A stretch of 64,000 bases of DNA from an uncultured Chloroflexia bacterium (GCA_963719465.1 OY970386.1:1369471-1433470), one strand, 5' to 3'. Numbered from the stretch's first letter, positions 50,592-59,147 are shown. Made by a program: numbers and translations. Notes: generated by a model not told the origin, from the letters alone.

Positions 50592-50849
50592 GGCGCGGCT
50601 CTGATTGTGTTTGTTTTAAAAAAGATCGCGTCTTTCGAATGTGTTAGCGGCGCGTTTCTTCAGTTGTTTTTCGAAAGGCGTCTTTCCGGCGGGTCGCCCG
50701 TGGGGTGGGTCCGCTCCGCACGGTAGATGTTCCCCTAAGCGGCGGCGGATTGCAAGGGGAAGGTGGCACTTCGGTTGGGGGGAAAGCGGCCGTTCATTCA
50801 TCGGCAGGTCAGCGCTGGGACGAGTTCGATGTCTGGCTTAGGCGTTCGC

Positions 50850-51296
50850 TTATTCCTGTTGGGGAAGAGGCCTCCTCATGAAACGGACGGCCCGTCCGTA
50901 GCCGTCGCACTCGACGTCAGCAAGCGTTGAGTGCTCAATGTCCTCCCAGTCGCCGAGTTTGCTTGTCCATCGACCCGTATTCAGTTGCCGAGCGACATGC
51001 GTTGGGCCATCGTCATTGGCAAAGATAGCGAGCTTTTCGTAGCCGGTCTCAAGTTCGGGACTTGGGCAAAGGACAAAACCCAGAGATTCGAACCCCTCAA
51101 CGACCGCGTCGAGGCTGCCATCTCGCCGAGGCGTGGGCCAGTAGTATTCAGCGAGGCGAGAGTCGGGCCACCACCGAACCTGATCGTCACGAGCCGCCCA
51201 CGCAGCGCAGTTGTAATCAGAGCTCTCTAAGCTCGTGACCGTGTGGTTAGTGGCGTTCAGATTACGGAATGTAGCGCGATGTCGCCACGGCAACAC
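50850..51296 (-). CDS. hypothetical protein (low-GC islet, gene 3 of a 3-gene operon)
   Basis: 148-aa ORF; Trp/Tyr-rich (NCAAWAARDDQVRWWPDSRLAEYYWP); no family recognised. Confidence 0.5.
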   Translation of the reverse strand: MLPWRHRATFRNLNATNHTVTSLESSDYNCAAWAARDDQVRWWPDSRLAEYYWPTPRRDGSLDAVVEGFESLGFVLCPSPELETGYEKLAIFANDDGPTHVARQLNTGRWTSKLGDWEDIEHSTLADVECDGYGRAVRFMRRPLPQQE

Positions 51297-51780
51297 GAGG
51301 GTTCACTCCCGTCGTCAAAGCGTAGCGGTCGGCGTCGACGTAACCATGGTCGCGCCCCCATTTTAGCCAAATGTCCCTTGTCTCACGGGAAGTATGCCGC
51401 ACACCTGGTGGGACCGGAGACTCTCCCGTTATTGCGTGTAGCGCCCAATACCACTGTGCGCCGGTCTGCCGCAGGTCTTCTAGGATAAACGGAACAACGC
51501 TTGGCCCCATGCCGATGATTCGCTGGTATGCCGGATGCATTGCTATCTGCGATGGAGAGGAGAGGTGACCCGTCGCTTCGCGCCACTCTTTCGCGAGTTC
51601 CACGAACCGCTGCCTTGCATCGGCGCGACCGACCGATGAGACAGGCGAAGTAATACGGGACAGCCTCTCAAATAGCGACGTTGGCGCCGATGTTCCCGTG
51701 AGCGGCGGGACATAACAGGGCCGGGGGACTGTTACTGTACCAGCAAACGGCGTTGCAGGTAGGCGATAATCAGTAACCAT
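51262..51780 (-). CDS. hypothetical protein (low-GC islet, gene 2)
   Basis: 172-aa ORF; ATG preceded by GAGGAGAG, 11 nt after the upstream stop; no family recognised. Confidence 0.55.
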   Translation of the reverse strand: MVTDYRLPATPFAGTVTVPRPCYVPPLTGTSAPTSLFERLSRITSPVSSVGRADARQRFVELAKEWREATGHLSSPSQIAMHPAYQRIIGMGPSVVPFILEDLRQTGAQWYWALHAITGESPVPPGVRHTSRETRDIWLKWGRDHGYVDADRYALTTGVNPRVAVATSRYIP

Positions 51781-51791
51781 CGTTCTCTCCT

Positions 51792-52148
51792 CTACGTCTG
51801 TGGTCGTGCCTGCGCTTGCATCTGTGCAATCACGGTTTGTAGTTCGTTAATCCTGTCGGTAAGCCAATCTCTGAGAACGACCGCTGCTCCTGGATTAAGA
51901 ATAACGTCAGCTTCAATCTCTCTGATTATGAATCCAGGATCATCCGTCTGAGTCTCCTGAGGCACGCCCTGCTTGTCCACTGAGATGGTCGTCCCGTCCG
52001 GCAAAGCCCTATGTTCACTGAAAAGTGCCATGTGAATGTTTCCCTGGAACGTCAAGCTACCCCATGCACCGTCAACATGGATAACCCGACAGAGTTTACT
52101 GCGCTTAAATCGGGTCTTTAGTTCTGGTACGTTTTGCGGCTCATTCAT
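51792..52148 (-). CDS. hypothetical protein (low-GC islet, gene 1); tentatively DUF3467-like
   Basis: 118 aa from MNEPQ, with a strong AAGGAG RBS 8 nt upstream; the track start at 52223 is an over-extension. The DUF3467 call is from memory and tentative. Confidence 0.5.
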   Translation of the reverse strand: MNEPQNVPELKTRFKRSKLCRVIHVDGAWGSLTFQGNIHMALFSEHRALPDGTTISVDKQGVPQETQTDDPGFIIREIEADVILNPGAAVVLRDWLTDRINELQTVIAQMQAQARPQT

Positions 52149-52191
52149 ACTTAGTTCTCCTTCAACGGCGACCACGCGTGCGGCGTGGCAG

Positions 52192-52430
52192 TCAAGGCGC
52201 AGCCTCCACCCCGATGAGTTCATTATAGGTTATGCAACGACCAACTACCGACTCTACCACCTTCGACATTCTGTCGCCATCGGAATCCTGCCGAGTGTTA
52301 TATCGGGAAACCTGCTCATCGACATAGCGGATCAAGTGGAAGGGTTCGACGCTGACGTAGGTTCCCTTGAGTGTCCGCTTCATTAGACTCCAGAAGTTCT
52401 CCAGCCCGTTAGTGTGAACCTTGCCGCGAG
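52192..52430 (-). pseudogene. 3'-terminal remnant of an IS1595-family (ISXO2-like) transposase gene
   Basis: Reads ...GKVHTNGLENFWSLMKRTLKGTYVSVEPFHLIRYVDEQVSRYNTRQ..., the conserved C-terminal signature of IS1595 transposases. No DDE core is present upstream, where the methyltransferase gene ends at 52443. Confidence 0.6.
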
Positions 52431-52442
52431 GGAGCCGGGGGG

Positions 52443-53264
52443 TCAGGATTTGACGGCGACGACCTGGAGCCAGTTGCGGGGGACGGTCGATAGTTTCAGG
52501 TCGCGGAAGGCTTCGGCGGCGGCGCGTCGCAGGCAGTCGACGGCGACAGAGAGCGGGACGCCGGGCAGGGCGCCGCGGGCAAACAGCTCATACTCGCTGA
52601 TCGCTTGAAAGCCCTCCAGCGGCATCTCCACGGGGCATAGCTCGAGCGTCCGCACGGCAAAGCCACCGTCGGCAAGCAGGCTGCGGTATTCGTCGACGCT
52701 GAGCTGGATGCGCGCCTGCGCCCTCTCCTCTTTCTCGCGTCGCACGTCGGGGTGCTCGTCACGAAAGATGCGCATGGCGCGCCGCACCCACAGGATGTAG
52801 AAGGGCATGGTGTCCGCCGGCTGCGCGCCCTCGAAGAAGGTGCTGTTGAAGGCGAAGAGGCCGCGCTCCCGCAGGGCCTCCGATACTTCGTGCAGCATGC
52901 GCTTCTTGTCCTCGACGAGGTGGATGGCGTTGCAGAAGACGACGGCGTCGGCGGTGCGCTGGACGAAGCGCGACAGGTTTTCCGCCTTGCCGGAGCAAAA
53001 CCGAACGACGGCGCCCCAGCGCTCCTGAAGGTCCTTTCGGGCGAGCTCCAGCGCCGAGTCGGACGGCTCGACGGCGACGACTTCGCCCCTGTCGGGGCGC
53101 ATCGACTCCAGGATGAGCGTGGTGACCGCGCCGGTGCCGGCGCCGAGGTCGACGACGCGCTGCGAGGGCTTGAAGGCGCACATCTCGACCAGCCGGCGGT
53201 TGATTGCCGTGTAGAACGGCTGGCTGGCGAACTTCCGGAAGGAGTTTCCCTCTAGCTCCGTCAT
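52443..53264 (-). CDS. class I SAM-dependent methyltransferase
   Basis: 273 aa with SAM-binding motif VVDLGAGTGAV. Confidence 0.8.
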   Translation of the reverse strand: MTELEGNSFRKFASQPFYTAINRRLVEMCAFKPSQRVVDLGAGTGAVTTLILESMRPDRGEVVAVEPSDSALELARKDLQERWGAVVRFCSGKAENLSRFVQRTADAVVFCNAIHLVEDKKRMLHEVSEALRERGLFAFNSTFFEGAQPADTMPFYILWVRRAMRIFRDEHPDVRREKEERAQARIQLSVDEYRSLLADGGFAVRTLELCPVEMPLEGFQAISEYELFARGALPGVPLSVAVDCLRRAAAEAFRDLKLSTVPRNWLQVVAVKS

Positions 53265-53283
53265 CGTTGAGCCTCCTCTCGTG

Positions 53284-54183
53284 CTAAGCGGGAACCACGA
53301 GGTCGATTTGCTGGCGACGGACCTCGGCCATTATCTTCGCGGCGCCGGCGTCGTCGGGCTCGACGAGGGGGAGCCGCAGGCCGCCGACTTTGCAGCCGAG
53401 CTGTCGCAGGGCGTACTTGATCGGTATCGGGTTGCTGGCGACGGTCATGAGCGTCGTCATGAGCGGCAGAAGGCGTCGGTGGATGGTCGCCGCCTCTTCG
53501 ACCCTGCCGGCGAGGTAGCTGTCGATGATCTGGCGCATCTGCAGGCCGACGAGGTGGGAGACGACGCAAATGACGCCGTAGCCGCCGATCGACAGGATGG
53601 GCAGCGTATCGGAGTCGTTGCCGCTCCAGATGCGGTAGTCGGGCCGGGAGCCGGCGATTATCTGGCCGATCTGCTCGAGGTTGCCGCTGGCTTCCTTCAG
53701 GCCGGCGATATTGGCGATGGCGGACAGGCGGATGCTGGTCTCGGCCGTCATGTTGACGCCGGTGCGGCCCGGGATGTTGTAGAGGATGCAGGGCAGGCTG
53801 GTCTCGCCGGCCAGGGTCTGGAAGTGGCGGAACATGCCCTCCTGGGTCGGCTTGTTGTAGTAGGGAACGGTGAGCAGGAGGGCGTCGACGCCGGCGGCTT
53901 CGGCCTCGCGGCCGAGCTTGGCGCTCTCGGCGGTGTTGTAGTTGCCGCTGCCGGCCACGACGACGCCCGCGTTGCCGACGGCTTCCTTGACCGCCTTGAA
54001 GAGGCCGAGCTTCTCGTCGCGGCTGAGCGTCGGGACTTCGCCGGTGGTGCCGGAGACGACGACGCCATCGCTGCCGGAGCGCAGGAGCGCGAGCGCCAGT
54101 TGCTGCGCCTGCCGGTAATCGACGGCGCCCTGGTCGTCGAAGGGGGTGATCATTGCCGTAAGCAGACGGCCTATCTCTGTCAT
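53284..54183 (-). CDS. dapA: 4-hydroxy-tetrahydrodipicolinate synthase
   Basis: Canonical DapA from MTEIGRLLTAMITPF, including the active-site Lys region. Confidence 0.9.
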   Translation of the reverse strand: MTEIGRLLTAMITPFDDQGAVDYRQAQQLALALLRSGSDGVVVSGTTGEVPTLSRDEKLGLFKAVKEAVGNAGVVVAGSGNYNTAESAKLGREAEAAGVDALLLTVPYYNKPTQEGMFRHFQTLAGETSLPCILYNIPGRTGVNMTAETSIRLSAIANIAGLKEASGNLEQIGQIIAGSRPDYRIWSGNDSDTLPILSIGGYGVICVVSHLVGLQMRQIIDSYLAGRVEEAATIHRRLLPLMTTLMTVASNPIPIKYALRQLGCKVGGLRLPLVEPDDAGAAKIMAEVRRQQIDLVVPA

Positions 54184-54202
54184 GTCAGCCTCCTTTGTGG
54201 GG

Positions 54203-55222
54203 CTAGACAAGGTCTCGCTTCACCAGCTCTTCCGCTATCTGGATGGCGTTGAGGGCGGCGCCCTTGCGGAGGTTATCGGAAGAGATCCACATGGCGATGG
54301 AGTTCGGGCGGGAGTCGTCCTGACGGATGCGGCCCACGAACACGTCGTCCTCGCCGGCGGCCAGCCAGGGCAGCGGGTAGAGGCTGATGCTGGGGTCGTC
54401 CTGGACGGTCACGCCCGGGGACTCGGACAGGATGTCGCGCACGTCGTCCGGGCTCATGGGATGGGTGAGCTCGACGTGGACGGCGCAGCTATGGGAGATC
54501 ATGACGGGCACGCGGACGCAGGTCGCCGACATGGCGATGGATTCGTCGTGCATGATCTTGCGCGTCTCGTGGATCATCTTCCACTCTTCTTTTGTGTAGC
54601 CGCTGTCCATGAAGACGTCGATTTGCGGCAGGAGGTTGAAGGCGATCTGGTGCGGGTAGACGTGCGAAGACGTCTCCTTGCCTTCGAGCACCTGCTTCGA
54701 CTGGGTGACGAGCTCGTCGACGGCGGCCTTACCGGTGCCGGAGACGGACTGGTAGGTGTCGGCGATGACGCGCTTGACGGGGTTGACCCTGTGGATGGGC
54801 CAGAGGCACATGACCACCGGCGTCGTCGAGCAGTTGGGGATGGAGATGATGCCCTTGTGCTTCTCCACGTCGTCGGCGTTGACCTCGGGGACGACGAGCG
54901 GGACTTTGGGGTCCATGCGCCAGGCGGAGCTGTCGTCGATAGCGATGGCGCCGACCTGAGCGGCGATAGGGCAATAGTCGCGGGAGGCCTGGCCGCTGGC
55001 GGATATGAAGACGAAGTCGGCGCCGGCGAAGGAGTCGTTGTTCGTTTCTTCGACGGTGATCTCCTCGTCGCCGACGACGATCTTCCTGCCGGCAGAGCGC
55101 GAGGTGGCGAGCAGGCGCAGGCCCTTTACAGGGAACTTGCGCTGCTGGAGGATGCCCAGGAACTCGCGGCCGACCATGCCGGTGGCCCCAACGACGGCGA
55201 TGTTGTATGTCTTGTCGGACAT
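54203..55222 (-). CDS. asd: aspartate-semialdehyde dehydrogenase
   Basis: 339 aa; GATGMVG NAD motif; active-site Cys in IPNCST. Confidence 0.95.
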   Translation of the reverse strand: MSDKTYNIAVVGATGMVGREFLGILQQRKFPVKGLRLLATSRSAGRKIVVGDEEITVEETNNDSFAGADFVFISASGQASRDYCPIAAQVGAIAIDDSSAWRMDPKVPLVVPEVNADDVEKHKGIISIPNCSTTPVVMCLWPIHRVNPVKRVIADTYQSVSGTGKAAVDELVTQSKQVLEGKETSSHVYPHQIAFNLLPQIDVFMDSGYTKEEWKMIHETRKIMHDESIAMSATCVRVPVMISHSCAVHVELTHPMSPDDVRDILSESPGVTVQDDPSISLYPLPWLAAGEDDVFVGRIRQDDSRPNSIAMWISSDNLRKGAALNAIQIAEELVKRDLV

Positions 55223-55493
55223 GAGCGTTTCAGCTTCCCTCTAGATTCCGGCGTACCGGTACAGGCAGCGGGCGGCGCATCGATTCGCGGGTACAAGGTA
55301 ACAGACCGTCCGCGTAATTGCACGGTGAGTCATCATAATAACGGCTGAAGGGGGGATCGGGCAACAGCGGCGAGGTCGAGCGAAGCGGCCGGAACCTGAT
55401 GGGACCTGGCTGATTGGGCCTGACGCAACGCGTTGGCAATGCGACAGCAATACGATAGGATTATGCTGGGACGCTGACGCTGCGGGCGAAGGA

Positions 55494-56408
55494 ATGCAAT
55501 CCGCGATTATCGTCAAGGGTCTGAGGAAGAGCTACGGCCCGGTTGAGGCCGTGCGCGGCATCGATCTCGATGTCCACGTCGGCGAGATATTCGCCCTGCT
55601 CGGGCCGAACGGCGCCGGCAAGACGACGACGGTGGAGATTCTGGAAGGGTATCGCCGGCGCGATGGCGGCGAGGTGAGCGTGCTGGGCCAGGACCCCGCC
55701 TCGAACGCGCTGGACCTGAAGCGCAGAATCGGGATAGTGCTGCAAAGCACGGGCGTGCAGCCGTACCTGACGGTCGAAGAGAGCATCGAGCTCTTCCGTG
55801 GCTATTACCCGAATCCTCTTCCGCTCGATGACATCATCGAGGCCGTGGGACTGAAGGAGAAACGTAAGTCGCTCGTTCGGCGGATGTCGGGAGGCGAGCA
55901 ACGACGCCTGGATGTCGCGATCGGGCTGGCGGGCAACCCCGAGCTGCTGTTCCTCGACGAGCCGACGACTGGGTTCGATCCGTCCGCCCGACGACACGCC
56001 TGGGAGATGGTGAAGAACCTGGAGTCGCTGGGCAAGACCGTGGTGCTGACGACGCACTATATGGACGAGGCGCAGTTCCTGGCGGAGCGGGTCGCGATCA
56101 TGGTGGACGGGCGAATCGCCGCCGAGGGCGCGCCGGACGCTTTGAGGCGGATGGACGCGACAACGAAGATCAGCTTCCGCCTGCCCGCCGGCGTCGAGCT
56201 GCCGGATGCCATGCGCGCAGAGGCGAAAGTCGAAGCGGGGCTGGTGTCGCTGGAGGCGCTGGAGCCGACGCGGACTCTTCATGCGCTGACCTCGTGGGCG
56301 GTGGAGCAGGGCGTCGAGCTGGAGCAGCTGGCGGTCTCGCGGGCGTCGCTCGAGGACATCTACCTGGAGCTGGCGAAGGGCTCGGAGCAGGAGGGGGCAA
56401 CGGCGTGA
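55494..56408 (+). CDS. ABC transporter ATP-binding protein (ABC-2/DrrA-like exporter ATPase)
   Basis: Walker A GPNGAGKTT, MSGGEQRRL signature. Confidence 0.85.
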   Translation: MQSAIIVKGLRKSYGPVEAVRGIDLDVHVGEIFALLGPNGAGKTTTVEILEGYRRRDGGEVSVLGQDPASNALDLKRRIGIVLQSTGVQPYLTVEESIELFRGYYPNPLPLDDIIEAVGLKEKRKSLVRRMSGGEQRRLDVAIGLAGNPELLFLDEPTTGFDPSARRHAWEMVKNLESLGKTVVLTTHYMDEAQFLAERVAIMVDGRIAAEGAPDALRRMDATTKISFRLPAGVELPDAMRAEAKVEAGLVSLEALEPTRTLHALTSWAVEQGVELEQLAVSRASLEDIYLELAKGSEQEGATA

Positions 56409-57175
56409 ACGCTCTGAGACTGACGCTGCGACAGGTCTACTACGAGAACCGCGCCTTCTGGCGCAATCCGCAGTCGGCGTTTTTCACCTTCGCCTTCCCG
56501 CTGCTGTTCCTGGTCGTGTTCAACTCGATCTTCGGGAGCCACAACGTCGACGAGAGCGGCGGGACGATTAATGGGTCGACGTTCTACGTGCCGGCGATCG
56601 TCGCGGTGGCGGTGATCTTCGGCTGCTACAGCAATCTGGCGATCAGCATCTCGCTGGCGAGGGACCAGGGAGTTCTCAAGCGCGTTCGGGGCACGCCTCT
56701 GCCGGCGGCGGCGTACATCGGCGGGCGGATCGTGCACTCGACGCTGGTGGCGGTGGTGGTGGTTCTGATTGTGCTCGTCGTTGGGCGGGTCGTCTACAAC
56801 GTGCCGATACCAGGCCACACGCTGCCGGCGTTTCTGCTGGCGCTGGTGGTCGGCGCCGCGTGCTTCTGCAGCCTGGGTCTGGCGATCACGACCGTCATCG
56901 GGAACGCGGACGCGGCGAATCCGATTGTCAACGCCTCGGTGCTGCCGCTTCTGTTCATTTCGAACGTGTTTATCCCTCTATCGCCGCCGAAGTGGCTGGA
57001 CGTGATCGCGGAAGTGTTTCCGGTGAAGCACTTCGCGGACGCGTTGCACACGTCGTTCAGTCCGTTCGTGACGGGGTCCGCCTTCCAGTGGGGCGACATG
57101 GCGGTGATGGCCGTGTGGGGAGTAATCGCGGCGCGGATAGCGGTCAGGTTCTTCTCGTGGGAGCCGCGCCGCTAG
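56405..57175 (+). CDS. ABC-2 family transporter permease
   Basis: GTG start overlapping the ATPase stop; 6 TM segments. The track ORF 56294-57175 is over-extended upstream. Confidence 0.75.
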   Translation: MNALRLTLRQVYYENRAFWRNPQSAFFTFAFPLLFLVVFNSIFGSHNVDESGGTINGSTFYVPAIVAVAVIFGCYSNLAISISLARDQGVLKRVRGTPLPAAAYIGGRIVHSTLVAVVVVLIVLVVGRVVYNVPIPGHTLPAFLLALVVGAACFCSLGLAITTVIGNADAANPIVNASVLPLLFISNVFIPLSPPKWLDVIAEVFPVKHFADALHTSFSPFVTGSAFQWGDMAVMAVWGVIAARIAVRFFSWEPRR

Positions 57176-57213
57176 CGGGGGGTCGCGATCCTCCGCTCGG
57201 GGCTCCTGTCATC

Positions 57214-57311
57214 TGGCGGGAGTGGGTGGGAGTCGAACCCACCCGGGACGGCGCAGGCCGCCCCGCAACGATTTTGAAGACCGCGAGACCCACCGGGACC
57301 CATCCACTCCC
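57214..57311 (-). tRNA. selC: tRNA-Sec (selenocysteine, anticodon TCA) candidate
   Basis: Hand-folded 98-nt tRNA: 8-bp acceptor GGGAGTGG/CCACTCCC, 5-bp T-stem with loop TTCGACT, anticodon loop CTTCAAA, long variable arm with a 7-8 bp stem, discriminator G, CCA encoded. The D-stem is G-U rich. Aligns nearly column-for-column with E. coli selC (D-loop CGGT, CTTCAAA and ...GTCCCGG-GTGGG-TTCGACTCC... shared). Confidence 0.65.
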
Positions 57312-57672
57312 GCAGACCAGTATATGAATGCCCTGGGGAGGGGTCAAAAAGAGGCTGACGGCGGGAGTTCGGAGGTGTGAGAGTATGGGTTGACGGCCGG
57401 CGTTTGTCCGCTACAATTGCAGATGGTAGTGGGGACGGCTGAGGCCAAGCTCATCCCCAAGATATGCGCTGCTCGTATCAATACCTGACTGATGGTCCCT
57501 CAGCCGTCTCTGAGAAATCGTAGAGCCGTGAGCAGCGAGCCGGTCAAGTAGAGTACTTTGCAACTCTACATAATCTAACAAGCGGTTGAGCCCCAGCGGC
57601 CGGCTAGGCTTGCGCTTAGGGTCGGGGCAAACGGTTCGGTCTCCGGAAGGTCAAGCTCAGGTTCAAGTCTGA

Positions 57673-57716
57673 AGACCGCGAGAGCCACCGGGACCCATCC
57701 ACTCCCGCAGATTGTT
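57673..57716 (-). repeat. 44-bp direct repeat (1 mismatch) of the selC 5' half plus 4 upstream nt; second copy of 57277-57320
   Basis: TGAAGACCGCGAGA(C/G)CCACCGGGACCCATCCACTCCCGCAGA occurs at both sites; copy B abuts the trxB stop codon. Confidence 0.8.
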
Positions 57717-58656
57717 ACGAAGGCGGCGTCCAGGCGCCGAACTTCTCGCCGATGTACTTGTCGGCGCGAATGGCCGCCGTCGCGCCGTCACCGGCCGAGC
57801 TGACGACCTGACGCGCCGCGCCGCTGCGGACGTCGCCGGCGGCGAAGATGCCGGGGACGCTGGTTTCCATCCACTCGTTGACGATAACGTAGCCGGCCTC
57901 GTCCATGGCGACGACGCCCCGCAGGTAGTCGATATTCGGCTGCTGCCCGATGAAAACGAAGAGGCCTGTGAGCTCGAGAGACGATTCCTCATCGCTTTCG
58001 AAGTTGCGCAGCCTGACGCCGCTTACCATACCATCACCCTGCACTTCAGTGACAACGGTGTTCCAAAGGAAGTCGATCTTGGGCTCGGCGAAGGCGCGCT
58101 CCTGCAGTATGGGCGCGGCGCGCAGCCGGTCGCGACGGTGGATGACGTGGACTTTCGAGGCGTAGCGGCTGAGGAAGACGGCTTCGTCCAGGGCCGCGTC
58201 GCCGCCACCGACGACCGCGACCTCCTGTCCACGGAAGAAGGCGGCGTCGCAGGTCGCGCAGTAGGAGACGCCGCGTCCGATGAGGCGCTCTTCGCCCGCG
58301 ACGCCGAGGCGCTTGTAGCCGGCGCCGCCGGCGGCGATGACGGTTTTCGTGTAGAACTCGCCCTCGCTGGTCTTGACGAGGAAATGGTTGTCCTCGGCGG
58401 GCTCGACGGAATCGGCCATGGCGTAGGTGGCGAGGAGGCCGTATTTTTCGCCTTGCTTGAGCATGGCCTGGGAGAGGTCGTAGCCGTTGATGCCGTCAGG
58501 GAAGCCAGGGTAGTTTTCGACGACGGCGGTGAGGGCGATCTGACCGCCAACGACGCCTTTTTCGAGTAATACAGTGCAGCGGCGGGCGCGGGATGCGTAG
58601 AGGCCTGCCGTCAGGCCGGCGGGCCCGGCGCCTATTATCACAACGTCGCAATCCAT
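57715..58656 (-). CDS. trxB: thioredoxin-disulfide reductase
   Basis: Canonical TrxB from MDCDVVIIGAGPAGL with the redox-active CATC; the track ORF starts 9 codons upstream. Confidence 0.9.
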   Translation of the reverse strand: MDCDVVIIGAGPAGLTAGLYASRARRCTVLLEKGVVGGQIALTAVVENYPGFPDGINGYDLSQAMLKQGEKYGLLATYAMADSVEPAEDNHFLVKTSEGEFYTKTVIAAGGAGYKRLGVAGEERLIGRGVSYCATCDAAFFRGQEVAVVGGGDAALDEAVFLSRYASKVHVIHRRDRLRAAPILQERAFAEPKIDFLWNTVVTEVQGDGMVSGVRLRNFESDEESSLELTGLFVFIGQQPNIDYLRGVVAMDEAGYVIVNEWMETSVPGIFAAGDVRSGAARQVVSSAGDGATAAIRADKYIGEKFGAWTPPS

Positions 58657-58692
58657 GCGCTTGTGTGGTTCCAAGGGCTGCAATCGAGTTCT

Positions 58693-59019
58693 CTAGCTGA
58701 TGGCGCTCTCGATATTCTTCTTGAGCTCCGTCTTGGGACGAAAGCCGATGACCTGGCTGACTGGCTTGCCGGCCTTGAAGATGATGAGCGTCGGGATGCT
58801 GCGGATGCCGTAGTTCATGGCCGTCGAGGGGCTCTCGTCGGTGTTGAGCTTGACGAAGTCCATCTTGCCGGCGAAGTCGCCTGCCAGCTCTTCGACCAGC
58901 GGCGATACCATTCGGCAGGGGCCGCACCAGGGCGCCCAGAAATCCACGAGCACGGGCAGGGTGGAGTTCAGCACCTCTTTGCTGAAGGTCGCGTCCGTGA
59001 CATCTCTTACGCTTGCCAT
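58693..59019 (-). CDS. trxA: thioredoxin
   Basis: 108 aa with the WCGPC active site. Confidence 0.95.
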   Translation of the reverse strand: MASVRDVTDATFSKEVLNSTLPVLVDFWAPWCGPCRMVSPLVEELAGDFAGKMDFVKLNTDESPSTAMNYGIRSIPTLIIFKAGKPVSQVIGFRPKTELKKNIESAIS

Positions 59020-59044
59020 CTTCTCCTCCTCAATCTCAAGAAGC

Positions 59045-59099
59045 TTGACAATCTCGCTTGTCTTCGCGATAATTGTGACATACCCCCACGGGGTATGTC
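59045..59099 (+). promoter_or_regulatory. csoR promoter (TTGACA 59045-59050, 17-nt spacer, GATAAT 59068-59073) with a CsoR-type operator palindrome GACATACCCC-cac-GGGGTATGTC (59077-59099) at +1
   Basis: Perfect 10-bp inverted repeat with the ATACCC...GGGTAT core characteristic of CsoR operators; on the opposite strand it embeds a TTGACA facing trxA. Confidence 0.5.
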
Positions 59100-59147
59100 A
59101 AGGTAGCAAGTGCCAACGAGTTCAGTATAAGGCCTGGGAAACACAAT

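Noticed and set aside
50592-50849. Hairpin-like GAAAG-gcgt-CTTTC motifs after purA as intrinsic terminators
   Set aside because: Stems are short (5 bp) and no U-run follows on either strand; too weak to call.
55223-55493. Possible lysine riboswitch (L-box) in the long leader upstream of asd-dapA
   Set aside because: I wrote out the minus-strand leader and could not find the conserved L-box elements. It probably holds only a divergent promoter region shared with the ABC transporter gene.
57214-57311. Alternative reading of the selC candidate as tRNA-Leu(CAA) or another class-II tRNA
   Set aside because: Setting the loop to TTCAAAA destroys the anticodon stem. The acceptor is 8 bp with a 5-bp T-stem (Sec-specific 8/5), not 7/5, and the D-arm lacks the Leu/Ser/Tyr pattern.
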